DNA from: Macrostomum lignano
Taxonomy: Eukaryota
Length of the DNA stretch: 64,000 nucleotides
Assembly (NCBI GenBank): GCA_002269645.1
Contig: NIVC01002493.1
Span: 1 to 64,000 of the forward strand
Direction: 5' to 3'
Positions within the stretch are counted from its first letter, which is position 1. Each line of letters starts with the position of its first letter. The notes under the pieces are model-generated. The model was not told the origin of the DNA and ran no database searches. It worked only from the letters and a program-made list of their open reading frames with translations. Positions 35,846 to 48,287 of the stretch are shown piece after piece. The position numbers were made by a program, and so were the translations under genes.

Positions 35846-36709
35846 ACCTATTTCTTTGTTGCCTATATATTTATTTTAACGCACCAAATATTCATCAATT
35901 TGCATGTCAAAATCACTCCCTTGATCTGTCTGTACAAGGCACATGGCCTCTCAACCTACGTGTAACCTACGTGGCAATAATTTTACAACAGCGCAACACT
36001 GATTAGCAGGGGGTATTATTTGAACAGGGTCATAATTTTTAGGCACCATTAAAACTTAAGAACACACGTGTAATTAAATTATGGAACTAGGCCAGCGCTA
36101 ATCTACCATCAGCTATAGGGGTTGGCTAATCTGAAAGTTAGAAAGAGAGGGGGGAGGAGTGAGAACACCGTTCGTACCCACACAGTGTTGTTGATAATTA
36201 TAAGGATGCGTGTTCCTTTCACCCGCATGTGCACCATCCACACAAAGGATGCTTCAGGGAAGAAATCGAAAATTTATTGCCTTAACCTAAGCCTGTATAA
36301 CTTGAGCACTGCTCACAAGGGAAAGTGTGATCAGGATCAGGTGGGATATAATTCAGTGTGTAGAGGATTTCAAGATCCGCGGAAGAATGGAGCACTATTT
36401 GACTTGGCTTTTCTTATATATATACCGTACATGTATATACACTCCAGGCCTTTCATGTTTGCCGCCGCCAAAGCAGCGGAGGCGGGAGCAGCAGGTCAAT
36501 CTGAGCGCTTCTTCAGTTCACTTCGCCAAAGTCGGCATAGCTACCAAGTTTTTTCGTAAGAGGCGGTATTTAGCGAGATTTCATTCTTATATCGCAAAGG
36601 CAGGGCTGCAGAGAGTAGGTGAGACCGCTCGGATCGGAATGGCGTAGTGGGCAGCTCAGAAGGCTTAAAATCAGGGAAGGGTGCCTGCGTTTGACGACTG
36701 GGCAACTCT

Positions 36710-36782
<73 letters not shown>

Positions 36783-36809
36783 TTATCTATCTATTTATCT
36801 ATCTATCTG

Positions 36810-36860
<51 letters not shown>

Positions 36861-36941
36861 GTCTATCTATCTATCTATCTATCTGTCTATCTATCTATCT
36901 GTCTATCTATCTATCTATCTATCTGTCTATCTATCTGTATA

Positions 36942-36973
<32 letters not shown>

Positions 36974-37285
36974 TCTATCTGTCTATCTATCTATCTATCT
37001 ATCTATCTGTCTATCTGTCTATCTATCTAACTATCTATCTATCTATCAATCAATCAATCTATCTATCTATCGATCTATCTACTGGTATCTATCTGTCTAT
37101 CTATCTATCTATCTATCTGTCTATCAATCTATCTATGGTATCTATGTATCTATCTATCTGTCTGTCTATCTATCTATATATCTATCTATCTTTGTATCTA
37201 TCCATCTATCTATCTATCTATCTAACTATCTATCTAACTATCTATGTATGTATCTGTCTATCTAATCTCTCTATCTACCTACCTA
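36710..37285. repeat. Degenerate (TATC)n microsatellite
   Basis: tatc run with tgtc/taac variants. Confidence 0.97.
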
Positions 37286-38129
37286 CCAGTGCAGCTACAC
37301 AGCAAAATAGCACACAACCCGTGCAGCAGTACCACTTCAACACTGTCAGCAAAAATTCGCCATGCCCAGCAGCAGGTGAAGTGAAGGAAATTCACTAAAA
37401 AGCGTTCGGTAGACGCTGAATGGGATAAATTCGCTTCAAGGGACCCGGCCCCAACGTGGCATACACAGAATAGTTTGCATTGCAATGTCATTTCTCTTAG
37501 CTAGATCAACACTTCAGCTTGCATTAGTTGGAGAATTTTAGCAAAGCATGAATATGTATAAAATGACAAGCCGCGAATATTCACTTCATCGATAATTCTC
37601 GTTCTCCTGGAAAGTTCGCCATCATCATATTTTACATATAGCTCGTATTCCCTTTGAACTTTCCCGAAGCAAATCGCCATGCAGCCAACAAAAGCAAAAT
37701 TCGTTCGATATGGATGATAGCAAGGCACGAGGTGAGGAGAAACCTTAATATTTCTCATGTAAACTGTGTTAAACTGCAGTTTTACCGAATCGTCCCCTGT
37801 CCCCAGTGTCACCACCTGTCCCTGTCATTCCAGCAGATCCCACCTTCCCCCAGCAACCTCGCTGACCACGTGAACAGTTGGAGGGGGAGGGTTATGCACA
37901 GATAACCATAACAGATTATGCAGCCGTGACTAATGGCCCCAGGCCGAATCCCTCGCATGTTCAAGGACCGCCTGCTAAGGGGAAAACTTCCCCTTTTAGA
38001 TCCCACCCACATCGCAAGGTGGATCGCAAGACCAGTGGGTAGTCAAGGTTGGCAAAAAATCAAGGTAGAATCTAGTAGGCACCAACGCTTCTGGGGCCGT
38101 GATGTCTTATCATTTAGATTACAGCAGTG

Positions 38130-38345
38130 GGGCATTGGACACTTGGGGATTTGGGAGGCTGGCCCAGCAATTGAGGATCTGGGAGGCTGGCCCAGCAACT
38201 GAGGATCTGGGAGGCTGGCCTAGTAACTAAAGGTATGGGCTCAGCAACTGAGGATCTGGGAGGCTGGCCCAGCAACTGAGCATCTGGGAGGCTGGCCCAG
38301 CAACTGAGCATCTGGGAGGCCGGCCAAGGATCTGGGAGGCTGGCG
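38130..38345. repeat. 28-bp minisatellite (AACTGAGGATCTGGGAGGCTGGCCCAGC)
   Basis: About 6 units. Confidence 0.88.
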
Positions 38346-38994
38346 GCAAGCACACGTAGACCCAGAAGTAGCAGCCAATGCATCAAATTAACCTCATAGC
38401 GTGTGCCTTTAAGGCCCGGCCTACAGAAAGTGCACATAGCAAAAATAGGATAGAAAATTTGAGCACGATACTAAAGTCCTGGATCTCCGACATAAGCTGA
38501 GCAGTTACCAAGCGAACTCAAGCAGCTCAACAGACGATAAGAGAAGGCATACTAGCTGAGAACAAATTTGCCCAACACTATAAAGTTTGAGCAGAGCTAT
38601 TCTAAGTAGAGAATTTTATCGAAATTGCCTATGCAAATGCTAGTGCTAAGGAAATTACAATTGTAAAGTTCAGTTAAAACTCATTTAAAAAAATTGCCTT
38701 AGGCCATCATGAAGCAATGAAGTTTAGACTAAAATTAGCATAAATGAGTTTTTTACACTAAACCTTTCCTAGTTAAACGACGTTGCTGAAGACACCTTAA
38801 ATTTATTATATGTATAGACAGAATTAGGTATTACTAAATATAAAATGCACAATACAGAAAAACAAGCAGACTCGACACATACTACTTGAAATTTACGATG
38901 CAGTAGGCTAGTAGATTTTAGTTGCGGTTTTTATTATATGTTCAATCGCATGACTAAGAACCTTCTTAGAAACTAATAATTTAAGCAAAAGGAA

Positions 38995-39215
38995 GGACGA
39001 TTCTCATAGGAGATTAAGGGCGATTCTCATAGGAGAGAGGGCAATTCTCATCGGAGATGGAGGGCGATTCTCATAGGATATGGAGGGCGATTCACATAGG
39101 AGATGGAGGGCGATTCTCATAGGAGATCTAGGGCGATTCTCATAGGAGATCGAGGGCGATTCTCATAGGAGATGGAGGGCGATTCTCATAGGAGAGAGGG
39201 CGATTTTCATGGGAG
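38995..39215. repeat. 23-bp minisatellite (AGGGCGATTCTCATAGGAGATGG)
   Basis: About 9 units, in the DNAJC8 3' flank. Confidence 0.92.
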
Positions 39216-39342
39216 ATAAAGCCATTATTGCAAAAGAAAAGGTTCCTTTTCCTGAAACAAAGCCAAGAACAGCAACAGCTATAACAGAACGGCGAGAAAT
39301 TAAAAGCACTAAACTGGGATCATCAAGTCGGCAAAACTGGAT

Positions 39343-42300
39343 TCAACTCTGATTCTGAGGCCTCTCCTCAGCTTTATGCTTCGGCGGTCGAAATCCGAAG
39401 CCTAACTGATTGCCTTTGCCTTTCTTTGCTTTTTTCTTCTTTTTAGGCAATGATTCTCCGGAGCTGGGAACAGCGGCTGGGGCAGATGAAGCAGCAGCAG
39501 GCCCAGCTGCATTAAAGCTTCTCCAACTCTGAGTTCGTTCGTGGCGAGATTCTTCAAAATTTTTCTGCCACTCCCGCTGGTGCTCTTTGGCTTCTTTTGC
39601 CGCCTCCTCTTCTACCGCTTTGCGCTTCCTCTCATTGGCGGCTCTGGTCTCCTCGTTCTGGCGCAGTTTCTCCAGGTCGGCGAATAGGCGACAGGTCTGC
39701 ACGTACACCGCCTTGCGGTGGCCAGCGGGATCGTCCTCTTCAATCTCGGAGCTCTGCGGGTGCAGTTGGTTGGTTGCACTAGACTGATTTACGGGCCTGC
39801 TTAACTGGGTATAAGATAGGCGGCATTTACTGAAAGATTAAAGAGAATAGCGGCATCTACTAAAAAATCAAAGAGAACAGCGGCATCTAATGAAATATCA
39901 AAGAGAATATTGGCATCCAAGGAGAGATCAAAGAGAATAGCGGCATCTATTGAAAGATCAAAAAGAATAGCGGCATCTAATAAAAGATTAAAGAGAATAG
40001 TGGCATCTACTGAAGATTAAAGAGAATAGCGGCATCTAATAAAAGATCAAAGAGAATATCGGCATCTAAGGAGAGATTAAAGAGGATAGCGGCATCTAAT
40101 GAAAGATCAAAAAGAATAGCGGCGTCTACTGAAAAATCAAAGAGAATAGCGGCATCTAATAAAAGATTAAAGAGAATAGTGGCATCTACTGAAGATTAAA
40201 GAGAATATCGGCATCTAAGGAGAGATCAAAAAGAATAGCGGCGTCTACTGAAAAATCAAAGAGAATAGCGGCATCTAATAAAAGATTAAAGAGAATAGTG
40301 GCAACTACTGAAGATTAAAGAGAATAGCGGCATCTAATAAAAGATCAAAGAGAATATCGGCATCTAAGGAGAGATCAAAGAGAATAGCTGCATCTACTGA
40401 AAAATCAAAGAGAATAGCGGCATCTACTGAAAAATCAAAGAGAATAGCGGCATCTACTGAAAGATCAAAGAGAATAGCGGCATTTACTGAAAGATCAAAG
40501 AGAATCGCGGCATCTACTGAAAGATCAAAGAGAATAGCGGCATCTACTGAAAGATCAAAGAGAATAGCGGCATTTACTGAAAGATCAAAGAGAATCGCGG
40601 CATCTACTGAAAGATCAAAGAGAATAGCGGCATATACTGAAAGATCAAAGAGAATAGCGGCATTTACTGAAAGAGCAAAGAGAACAGCGGCATCTAATGA
40701 CAGATAAAAAATAATAGCGGCATCTACTGAAAAATCAAAGAGAATAGCGGCATTTACTGAAAGATCAAATAGAACATCGGCATCTAATGAGAGATCAAAG
40801 AGGATAGCGGCTTCTACTGAAATATCAGAGGGTGATGGCATCTACTGAAAGATAAAAGGGATGGTGACATCTACTGAGGCTACTCACCAATCCCTCCTTT
40901 CGCCTCCGTTTCCTTTTCTCGTCCATAGATTCGGCCACTTTCCGTTTGGCCTCCTCAACAATCTCTAAGCAGCGCTTATATCCTTCGTCAGTGTCCAAAG
41001 TTTTGAAGGCTCGATTGCAAGCTTCGAAAGCGCGCTGAGCTCTGTCTCTATCGGTGCCCGGGTTCTTGTCCGGATGTACCAGCAGAGACATTTGGCGGTA
41101 TTTCTTTTTGATCTCGGTTAGCGGCGTCTCTGGGTCCACCTTGGTTCAAGGGGTGGGGTTTGAGGAGCTTAGTGAGGACTAGCAATCGAGTGCCCCCCCC
41201 TTCGGGGGGGCCAATAAGCAAAGGACGAAAATTATTTAAAACTAGAATCCATTCAAATAACTAGGCACATTTTCTTAAAAGAATTCATTCTTCAATCTTC
41301 AGTTTTATAAACATTATTAGGGACAAAGATGTCTTGCATATGTATTGGGATGTATTGGGAAGCCAACAAACAACAGAATAATTGTTATAATAAACTACAT
41401 GTAGCTTCTGACTCAAGTCTTGACATCTCAGCAATCCCTCCAAGCCTTGACATCTCAGCAATCCCTCCAAGTCTTGACATCTCAGCAATCCCTCCAAGTC
41501 TTGACATCTCAGCAATCCCTCCAAGTCTTGACATCTCAGCAATCCCTCCAAGTCTTGACATCTCAGCAATCCCTCCAAGTCTTGACATCTCAGCAATCCC
41601 TCCAAGTCTTGACATCTCAGCAATCCCTCCAAGTCTTGACATCTCAGCAATCCCTCCAAGTCTTGACATCTCAGCAATCCCTCCAAGTCTTGACATCTCA
41701 GCAATCCCTCCAAGTCTTGACATCTCAGCAATCCCTCCAAGTCTTGACATCTCAGCAATCCCTCCAAGTCTTGACATCTCAGCAATCCCTCCAAGTCTTG
41801 ACATCTCAGCAATCCCTCCAAGTCTTGACATCTCAGCAATCCCTCCAAGTCTTGACATCTTAGCAATCCCTCCAAGTCTTGACATCTCAGCAATCCCTCC
41901 AAGTCTTGACATCTCAGCAATCCCTCCAAGTCTTGACATCTCAGCAATCCCTCCAAGTCTTGACATCTCAGCAATCCCTCCAAGTCTTGACATCTCAGCA
42001 ATCCCTCCAAGTCTTGACATCTCAGCAATCCCTCCAAGTCTTGACATCTCAGCAATCCCTCCAAGTCTTGACATCTCAGCAATCCCCCCAAGTCTTGACA
42101 TCTCAGCAATCCCTCCAAGCCTTGACATCTCAGCAATCCCTCCAAGTCTTGACATCTCAGCAATCCCTCCAAGCCTTGACATCTCAGCAATCCCTCCAAG
42201 CCTTGACATCTCAGCAATCCCCCCAAGCCTTGACATCTCAGCAATCCCTCCAAGTCTTGACATCTCAGCAATCCCTCCAAGTCTTGACATCTCAGCAATC

Positions 42301-45300
42301 CCTCCAAGCCTTGACATCTCAGCAATCCCTCCAAGTCTTGACATCTCAGCAATCCCTCCAAGCCTTGACATCTCAGCAATCCCTCCATAAGCCTGACATC
42401 TCAGCAATCCCCCCATAAGCCTGACATCTCAGCAATCCCCCCATAAGCCTGACATCTCAGCAATCCCCCCATAAGCCTGACATCTCAGCAATCCCCCATA
42501 ATTCTTGACACCTTAGCAATCCCCCCATAAGCCTGACATCTCAGCAATCCCCCATAAGCCTGACATCTCAGCAATCCCCCCATAAGCCTGACATCTCAGC
42601 AATCCCCCATAAGCCTGACATCTCAGCAATCCCCCATAAGCCTGACATCTCAGCAATCCCCCATAAGCCTGACATCTCAGCAATCCCCCCATAAGCCTGA
42701 CATCTCAGCTATCCCCCATAAGCCTGACATCTCAGCAATCCCCTTAATGGAGCTTAATGAGGATTCCCTGCAATTCCCTGCAGCTTAAGGCAATACCCAA
42801 ATATTCGAGAATCAAACAAATTATTATTTTAAGACGAAGGATTAGCCATTATGGATAAAGTAGGCATTTAAGAAAGATAATTGTATCTACCTGAAGCACA
42901 TCAAATGGATTGAGATTGAAATAACTACTGCCAGGCCGATTGAGCCGATCAATTTGCTGCTTAGGGGTGAGAACTGCATCACGGTGTTCAATTTGTTTCA
43001 CCTGTAAATTCATTGATAAGGTTTATAAAGGTGAAAGCAGTTTTTTTGTATCATATTAACATTTAAAGGAAACAACCTACACCAACAAAATACTAGCACA
43101 TGTTGGAATAAGTAGTATATATAAGTATATATAAGCCATCTATATAGGGTCTATGCTAGAAAATTTTAATTTTTTTGTTGCTCCTTACCGAGAATCTTGG
43201 TTGGCATACAGAATTTTCAGATTTGACAAATTGACATATAATGTTCTAGATCATTGACATTGCAAGAGTATACCAAAATGAAAATTCAGTTTTTTGCTTG
43301 TTTTTATACCAACCTTTTTAAAATATAATTTCTCAAAAACAAAAAGCATCTATTTTTTAGAAATTTTTATTTATTGTCTTATTTTTTATTTTCTTTGTAA
43401 GTTGCATAAAATTATCAATTTAGCTTTTAATATGAGCATATATGTTTTCAAAAGTTTTTGATCAAAATTTAGCTACATCCAGTGCTGCCACTCACAACAA
43501 AATTATTTTTTTTGCGCAGGTAAAAACCTAAGCTGATTGTTGTTAGTAAAATGAAGAAACAAATGAAGAAATTCAGTTGCAAAGAGTAGCCATAACTGAC
43601 AAGTGAAGTATCAATGTATTATCATTTGAAGCGGAATTGAACATTTTGCTACTGCCAGTTTGTCAACAATCCAAAAAGTCTGATTTGGGCAGAAATTGAG
43701 GGTCTTGCACAGTATTTGCACATTTGTGCAGAACATTCAAATTTGCACAGCTGTGGCAGCACTAACTATATTATCTAGTCTAGAAGTCTAGGCATATATG
43801 CTAGAATAAGACTATAGATCAAAAGGGCAACACATTAAAAAGGTGAAAATCAAAAGGCAAAATTCAAAAGGGCAGTAGTCACAATATATTCATATGTATT
43901 AGACTTGTATTTGTTAAAAAATATATGAATATTAGACTTATTAGTATTATACATGCATAGTAGTCTAGATGCTAGAAAGCATACATGCTCAACTGCTGGC
44001 CAACCTGGCCATCATAAATTGTGGTGAACCAAGGGTAAAAATGTGGACAAAATGTCCACCTCAAAGAATATAGATGTACTATTAATTAGATGATGAAGCA
44101 TTTAGCTTTAATAATAAAGTTAGTTAATTTTGCCATTTATCCAAAATTGTGTTAATTTTGCTTTAGGGTTTCTTTTACATGTAAGTTGCATTTTTGTCAA
44201 AAAGTAGAAGTGTAGCTCGTCTAACAAATAGTAGGTAAATCTAACAAAATAAATGTCAACAAAAACATAAAATAAAATTTTTCTTTCTAGCCAATGCGTT
44301 TTGTCAAACACAAGATGTCATCAGGGCAAATTCAAATAACCTTAATTTTCAGCACCAATATATTTAAGCAAAACAAACTGTACAGTCCAAAGGTGGGTCA
44401 AAACAGTCTGGTAGAATTTCAAAAGTGCCAAGTACATAACAAAGGGAGAGAGAGAGAAAAATAGGCATGGCTCTGCTCACAGTACTCTTAGCTCACGCTC
44501 CACCCCATTGCTTATGGGGTGTAATGTCTGTAATGTCTTTTTCCTATCTATTTTTTGGACAAATAATGCTATAACTTGTTTATCACTAAACCAAAATAAT
44601 AACTAAGGCTTTTTTGGTAATTCTGTTATTGTCTACTATCAGATAAATATCCTAAAAAATTTTTAAACTTTAAAATCTCACTAGAGTCCTTACTAGGGTA
44701 CTAGACAATATCGTATACTACTAAAGGTCTTTAAGGTCAAGTTTTCTATATGGCAAAACCCAAAAATGTGGGATATAATGGTATTATAACAAATTTCCAA
44801 ACTTTCAATGCAAGGCTATGTATCAAAAATGCATTTTAAAAGGCAGGTAAGTCTTTAAAAAGAGTTGATATAAATTTGTTGTTTTTATGCCTTACCAAAC
44901 TAAATTTCATGAAGAAAAGCCACAAAGAAATTTTTTTTAAAGTCCATGTTTAGGTTTTTGCAATTTTTTGTTCAATTTTTTCTAAGATAAAAATAAAATA
45001 TAAAGTTGTGAGCTTGTAAAAGACACTGATTTTTGCTTTATTTGATGCACAGGACATTTAAGTGTTGTTTTATTTTTTGATTTTTTAAAAGGATTTCAAG
45101 AGAAATTTCAATTTTTCTAAACCATACAAACTTTCAAAACTGACTAAACTAATCCTACAAGCTACTTTTGCAACAAAATATCTCTCTCCAGAAGTAAGTA
45201 TATTGCCCAAATCTTTTTGCAATAAAAACTTTAGAATGTCTTTTTATATTTAAATATCAACTTGTATGGTATAAGTGGTCCTAAAGGGCTGATATTTAGG

Positions 45301-47585
45301 ATTTGCAATTTTTGGTCAAAAAATGATACTACAAATATGTTGTCCAGCTTCTATTTTAACTGTTATTTTTGAGCTTAATAAGCATTAAAATGCCACACAA
45401 TTGCACTAAAAAGTGTATTTTTGCAAGAAAAAAGAATTTTTTGAATTGCTTTAGTAGAAGCTAAATATAATTCAATTGATTTTTATAGGTAGAGATTTTC
45501 CAATCCTAATAGGAATTCCTATGTGTTACCTGGCTTCAAATCAAATGCTTCCTATATGCTTATTAAGCGACAAAGAACAATGAAATTACACAAGGCAAAA
45601 TCCAAAAATAGGGGGCAAGTTTTTTTGAACATTCATTTTTTGGTGATTTAAAAGCAAAAAAGCTATAAAATAAATTGATTTAAGTTTTAAAAAGTTAGAA
45701 AGATCTTTAAAAGCACAAATTATTCATGTATGGCCTTATTTTTTATAAAATAATTTGTTAAAATGGTACATTTAATTACGACCTAAAATGACTATAATAA
45801 AAATGATAGAAAAACTCTTAACGCAACTTTGGGTAAACGGCAGGAGTAACTATGACTGTCTTATTTAGTCAAAATGCCTTGTTAGCTACTTAGTACTACG
45901 ACTTTGGTATTTTTTGGGTGGGCATTTTTGTGACTTCCTTGGTTGGTTGCCAAATCGGTCGGCCAGATCGGCCGACTCAGCCAACTGTTGCGCATGTATG
46001 ATAATGCTACAAAATATTTAACATTCTTTTTAAGGGTTTATTTGTTTATCACTTTCGTTACTATTGACAACATGTATTTTGTAGAGTTTGTTTGCAATAT
46101 TGTCTTAACCATAAGTTTATTAAAAGCATATAAATTCCCGTAAGGATCAGAAAATTACTTTTTACTTAGCCTCTATTGAAGCAATTTGGAAAATCCCTTT
46201 TTCCCGAGTACATGCCGCAATAATACATATTTAAGTGTAATTTTATTGTTCTTTGTCACCTCATAAGCCTACAGGAAACATTTGATTTGGATGCCAGGTT
46301 CACATTTTGTGATGCAATTTTTTACTTGAAATTTTTAAGTCTAAATATAGGCATATTACATACACTAATACTATGCAAGTTGATATTTAAATGAAAAAAA
46401 ACAACTTAAAGATAATTTTGCAACAAGGAATAAGTGGTATATTTACTTTTAGAGAAAGATGTTTGCTGGCATAAAATATAAAATAAAAAGTAAAACACAG
46501 ATTACTTTTTGTTTCGTAAGTATTGAAAAATTAGACTTCTCTGTAATCTAAAAGTCTTAAAATTAATTGTTTATTATTAAAAAAGTTAAACAAAAAATTC
46601 TGAATTTCAACTTAGACTTTTAAAATGCTTTTTGTAGTTTTTTCCTTATATATATATTGAGCAATATAAAGCATGAAAACAATAGTTTTTTTATCCAAAA
46701 GTATTTTGTAAAGACTTATCTGTCTTTCAAAAAAGCTTTTTTATATACATTACCTACCATTGAAAGTCCGCAGATTTGTTTCACCATTTTATCCCATGTT
46801 TTTTAATTTTGCCATAAACATGTTTTATCATAGGACATAGCATGTATGCAGACAAAAAAATATTTTTTGAATTGCTTATATTATATAGAAGCTAGGTAAA
46901 ATGTGATTTTCAATCCTTATAGGAATTTGTATACATTTAATTGTTTTAATGTTAAACTTATATTGAATATAGTATTTATTGCAAACAAACTTTATAAAGT
47001 ATACATTGTCAATAGTAACAAAGTAATAAACAAAAAAACCATTAAGAAAATTGTTGAAAATATTACAGCATTAAAATTTACTAATTAATATAGGAAATTC
47101 AAAGTTAATAAATATAGCTTATTACAAAAGCTTTTTTACTATTTTTATTTGAGTTCAAAGTTGCAATTGTAATTAAAATTTTAACAAATAATTTTATTAA
47201 AGAGAAGGCTATACATAGATAATTTGTGCTTCTATATTATGTTTTTACTTTTTAAACTGAAATAAATTTATTTTATAGCTTTATTGCATTCAAATTTATA
47301 GCTTTATTGAGTCATAGACGTTGTTGAGATAAAATGCGACAGCGAGAGAATGGTAACAATTAGGTGCATGAAACTTTGGGGATCATGATAAAACTTTTTA
47401 TTCAATATGCTCAGAAAATATGGCCTACATCATTGGCAATCTGGTCTAGTCTAGGCCACTTAGGCATACCTAAAACTCAAAATTAAAAGTGGCTAGGTAA
47501 TAGGTAGGCTAATATAGAAGTAAAAACTGCTTACCTCTTCATAAAACTTCTGAAATGACTCAGAAACTGGTTGAGATTCGGCCAT
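39343..47585 (-). CDS. DNAJC8: DnaJ homolog subfamily C member 8 (splicing factor SPF31), 4 exons
   Basis: Exons 47585-47535 (MAESQPVSESFQKFYEE), 43001-42891 (VKQIEHRDAVLTPKQQIDRLNRPGSSYFNLNPFDVLQ), 41139-40888 (J domain with HPD: KKKYRQMSLLVHPDKNP) and 39753-39343 (EEDDP...REWQKNFEESR...FRPPK). All introns are phase 0, GT-AG. Recognisable DNAJC8 motifs. Confidence 0.95.
39815..40870. repeat. 30-bp minisatellite in DNAJC8 intron 3 (CTACTGAAAGATCAAAGAGAATAGCGGCAT)
   Basis: About 35 units. Confidence 0.96.
41179..41211 (-). mobile_element. Helitron-like 3' terminus
   Basis: Minus strand: GCCCCCCC-GAAG-GGGGGGGC hairpin, 9-nt spacer, then CTAG followed by T. Confidence 0.5.
41415..42745. repeat. 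27-bp minisatellite in DNAJC8 intron 2 (AAGTCTTGACATCTCAGCAATCCCTCC), switching to an ATAAGCCTGACATCTCAGCAATCCCCC(C) variant near 42385
   Basis: Tandem units. Confidence 0.98.
45831..45894 (+). pseudogene. Short degenerate 28S rRNA fragment (domain IV, R2/I-PpoI site region)
   Basis: GGGTAAACGGCAGGAGTAACTATGACTGTCTTATTTAGTCAAAATGCCTTGTTAGCTACTTAGT compared with conserved eukaryotic 28S GGGTAAACGGCGGGAGTAACTATGACTCTCTTAAGGTAGCCAAATGCCTCGTCATCTAATTAGT. Confidence 0.8.
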
Positions 47586-48287
47586 GTTAGCTAAGCCTCA
47601 AGGCTCAATTCCACTAGCCTATGCTGTAGGCCTAGTTTTGTCAACAAAAGCAATTGATAAGTTTTAAAAATTCTTTCAGCCTTAGGGCTCCGTATTTAAA
47701 ACACAGCAAGACTGTCTTAGTCCAAAAATATAAGACTAAAACTATAGAATCAGTAGATTACAAACGCTATAGTAGCTGCGGCTTTACTTCGTATCAAGAA
47801 TTCTCGGCCAGTTGCTAAAATTAAATAAAAGTATACTCAACTTATTAGCTTTAAGCAGATATTTTTGTGAAAATGAGGCTGTTTCTAAAAACAAAATCTT
47901 GCCATATATTTACCTACACATTTTGCAGTACGTGTATGATTTTAGTTTAACCTTTGCGTTATAAATGTTAACAAATATAGGTGTAATTTGATTTTTGATT
48001 TTTATTAAATAGTTGCAATTTTCCTGGAAAGCACAAGTTCTTCTCTTACTCATTCTTTCTAACGTGTGCCGTTTGTTGCAAATAAATTAGTTTATTTTTC
48101 ACCTCGTAGGACAAGTCATCAGACGAAATTGCTATACTTTTTAGAGTATTAAATTCGTCCTGGACCTTTTGTTTGTTTATATATAGCAAATAAATTGCAT
48201 TAACAACCAACAATCATCACATCTTAAATTTATATTCTCTTCTTAATAGGCCTACATATTCATTCTTTGTTCATACTGCTTGAATAA
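47586..48287. promoter_or_regulatory. Putative bidirectional promoter between DNAJC8 and PNN
   Basis: Divergent start codons about 700 bp apart. Inferred from gene arrangement only. Confidence 0.55.

Noticed and set aside
37279-37815. Minus-strand ORFs 37501-37815 and 37279-37491
   Set aside because: No recognisable domain and no convincing splice context.
43480-43764. hAT-like MITE with CAGTGCTGCCAC / GTGGCAGCACTA ends
   Set aside because: Only an 11/12-bp match, with no 8-bp target-site duplication.
45831-45894. snoRNA guide antisense to 28S in the DNAJC8 intron
   Set aside because: The complementarity is too long and mismatched, and no C/D or H/ACA boxes were seen at suitable positions.
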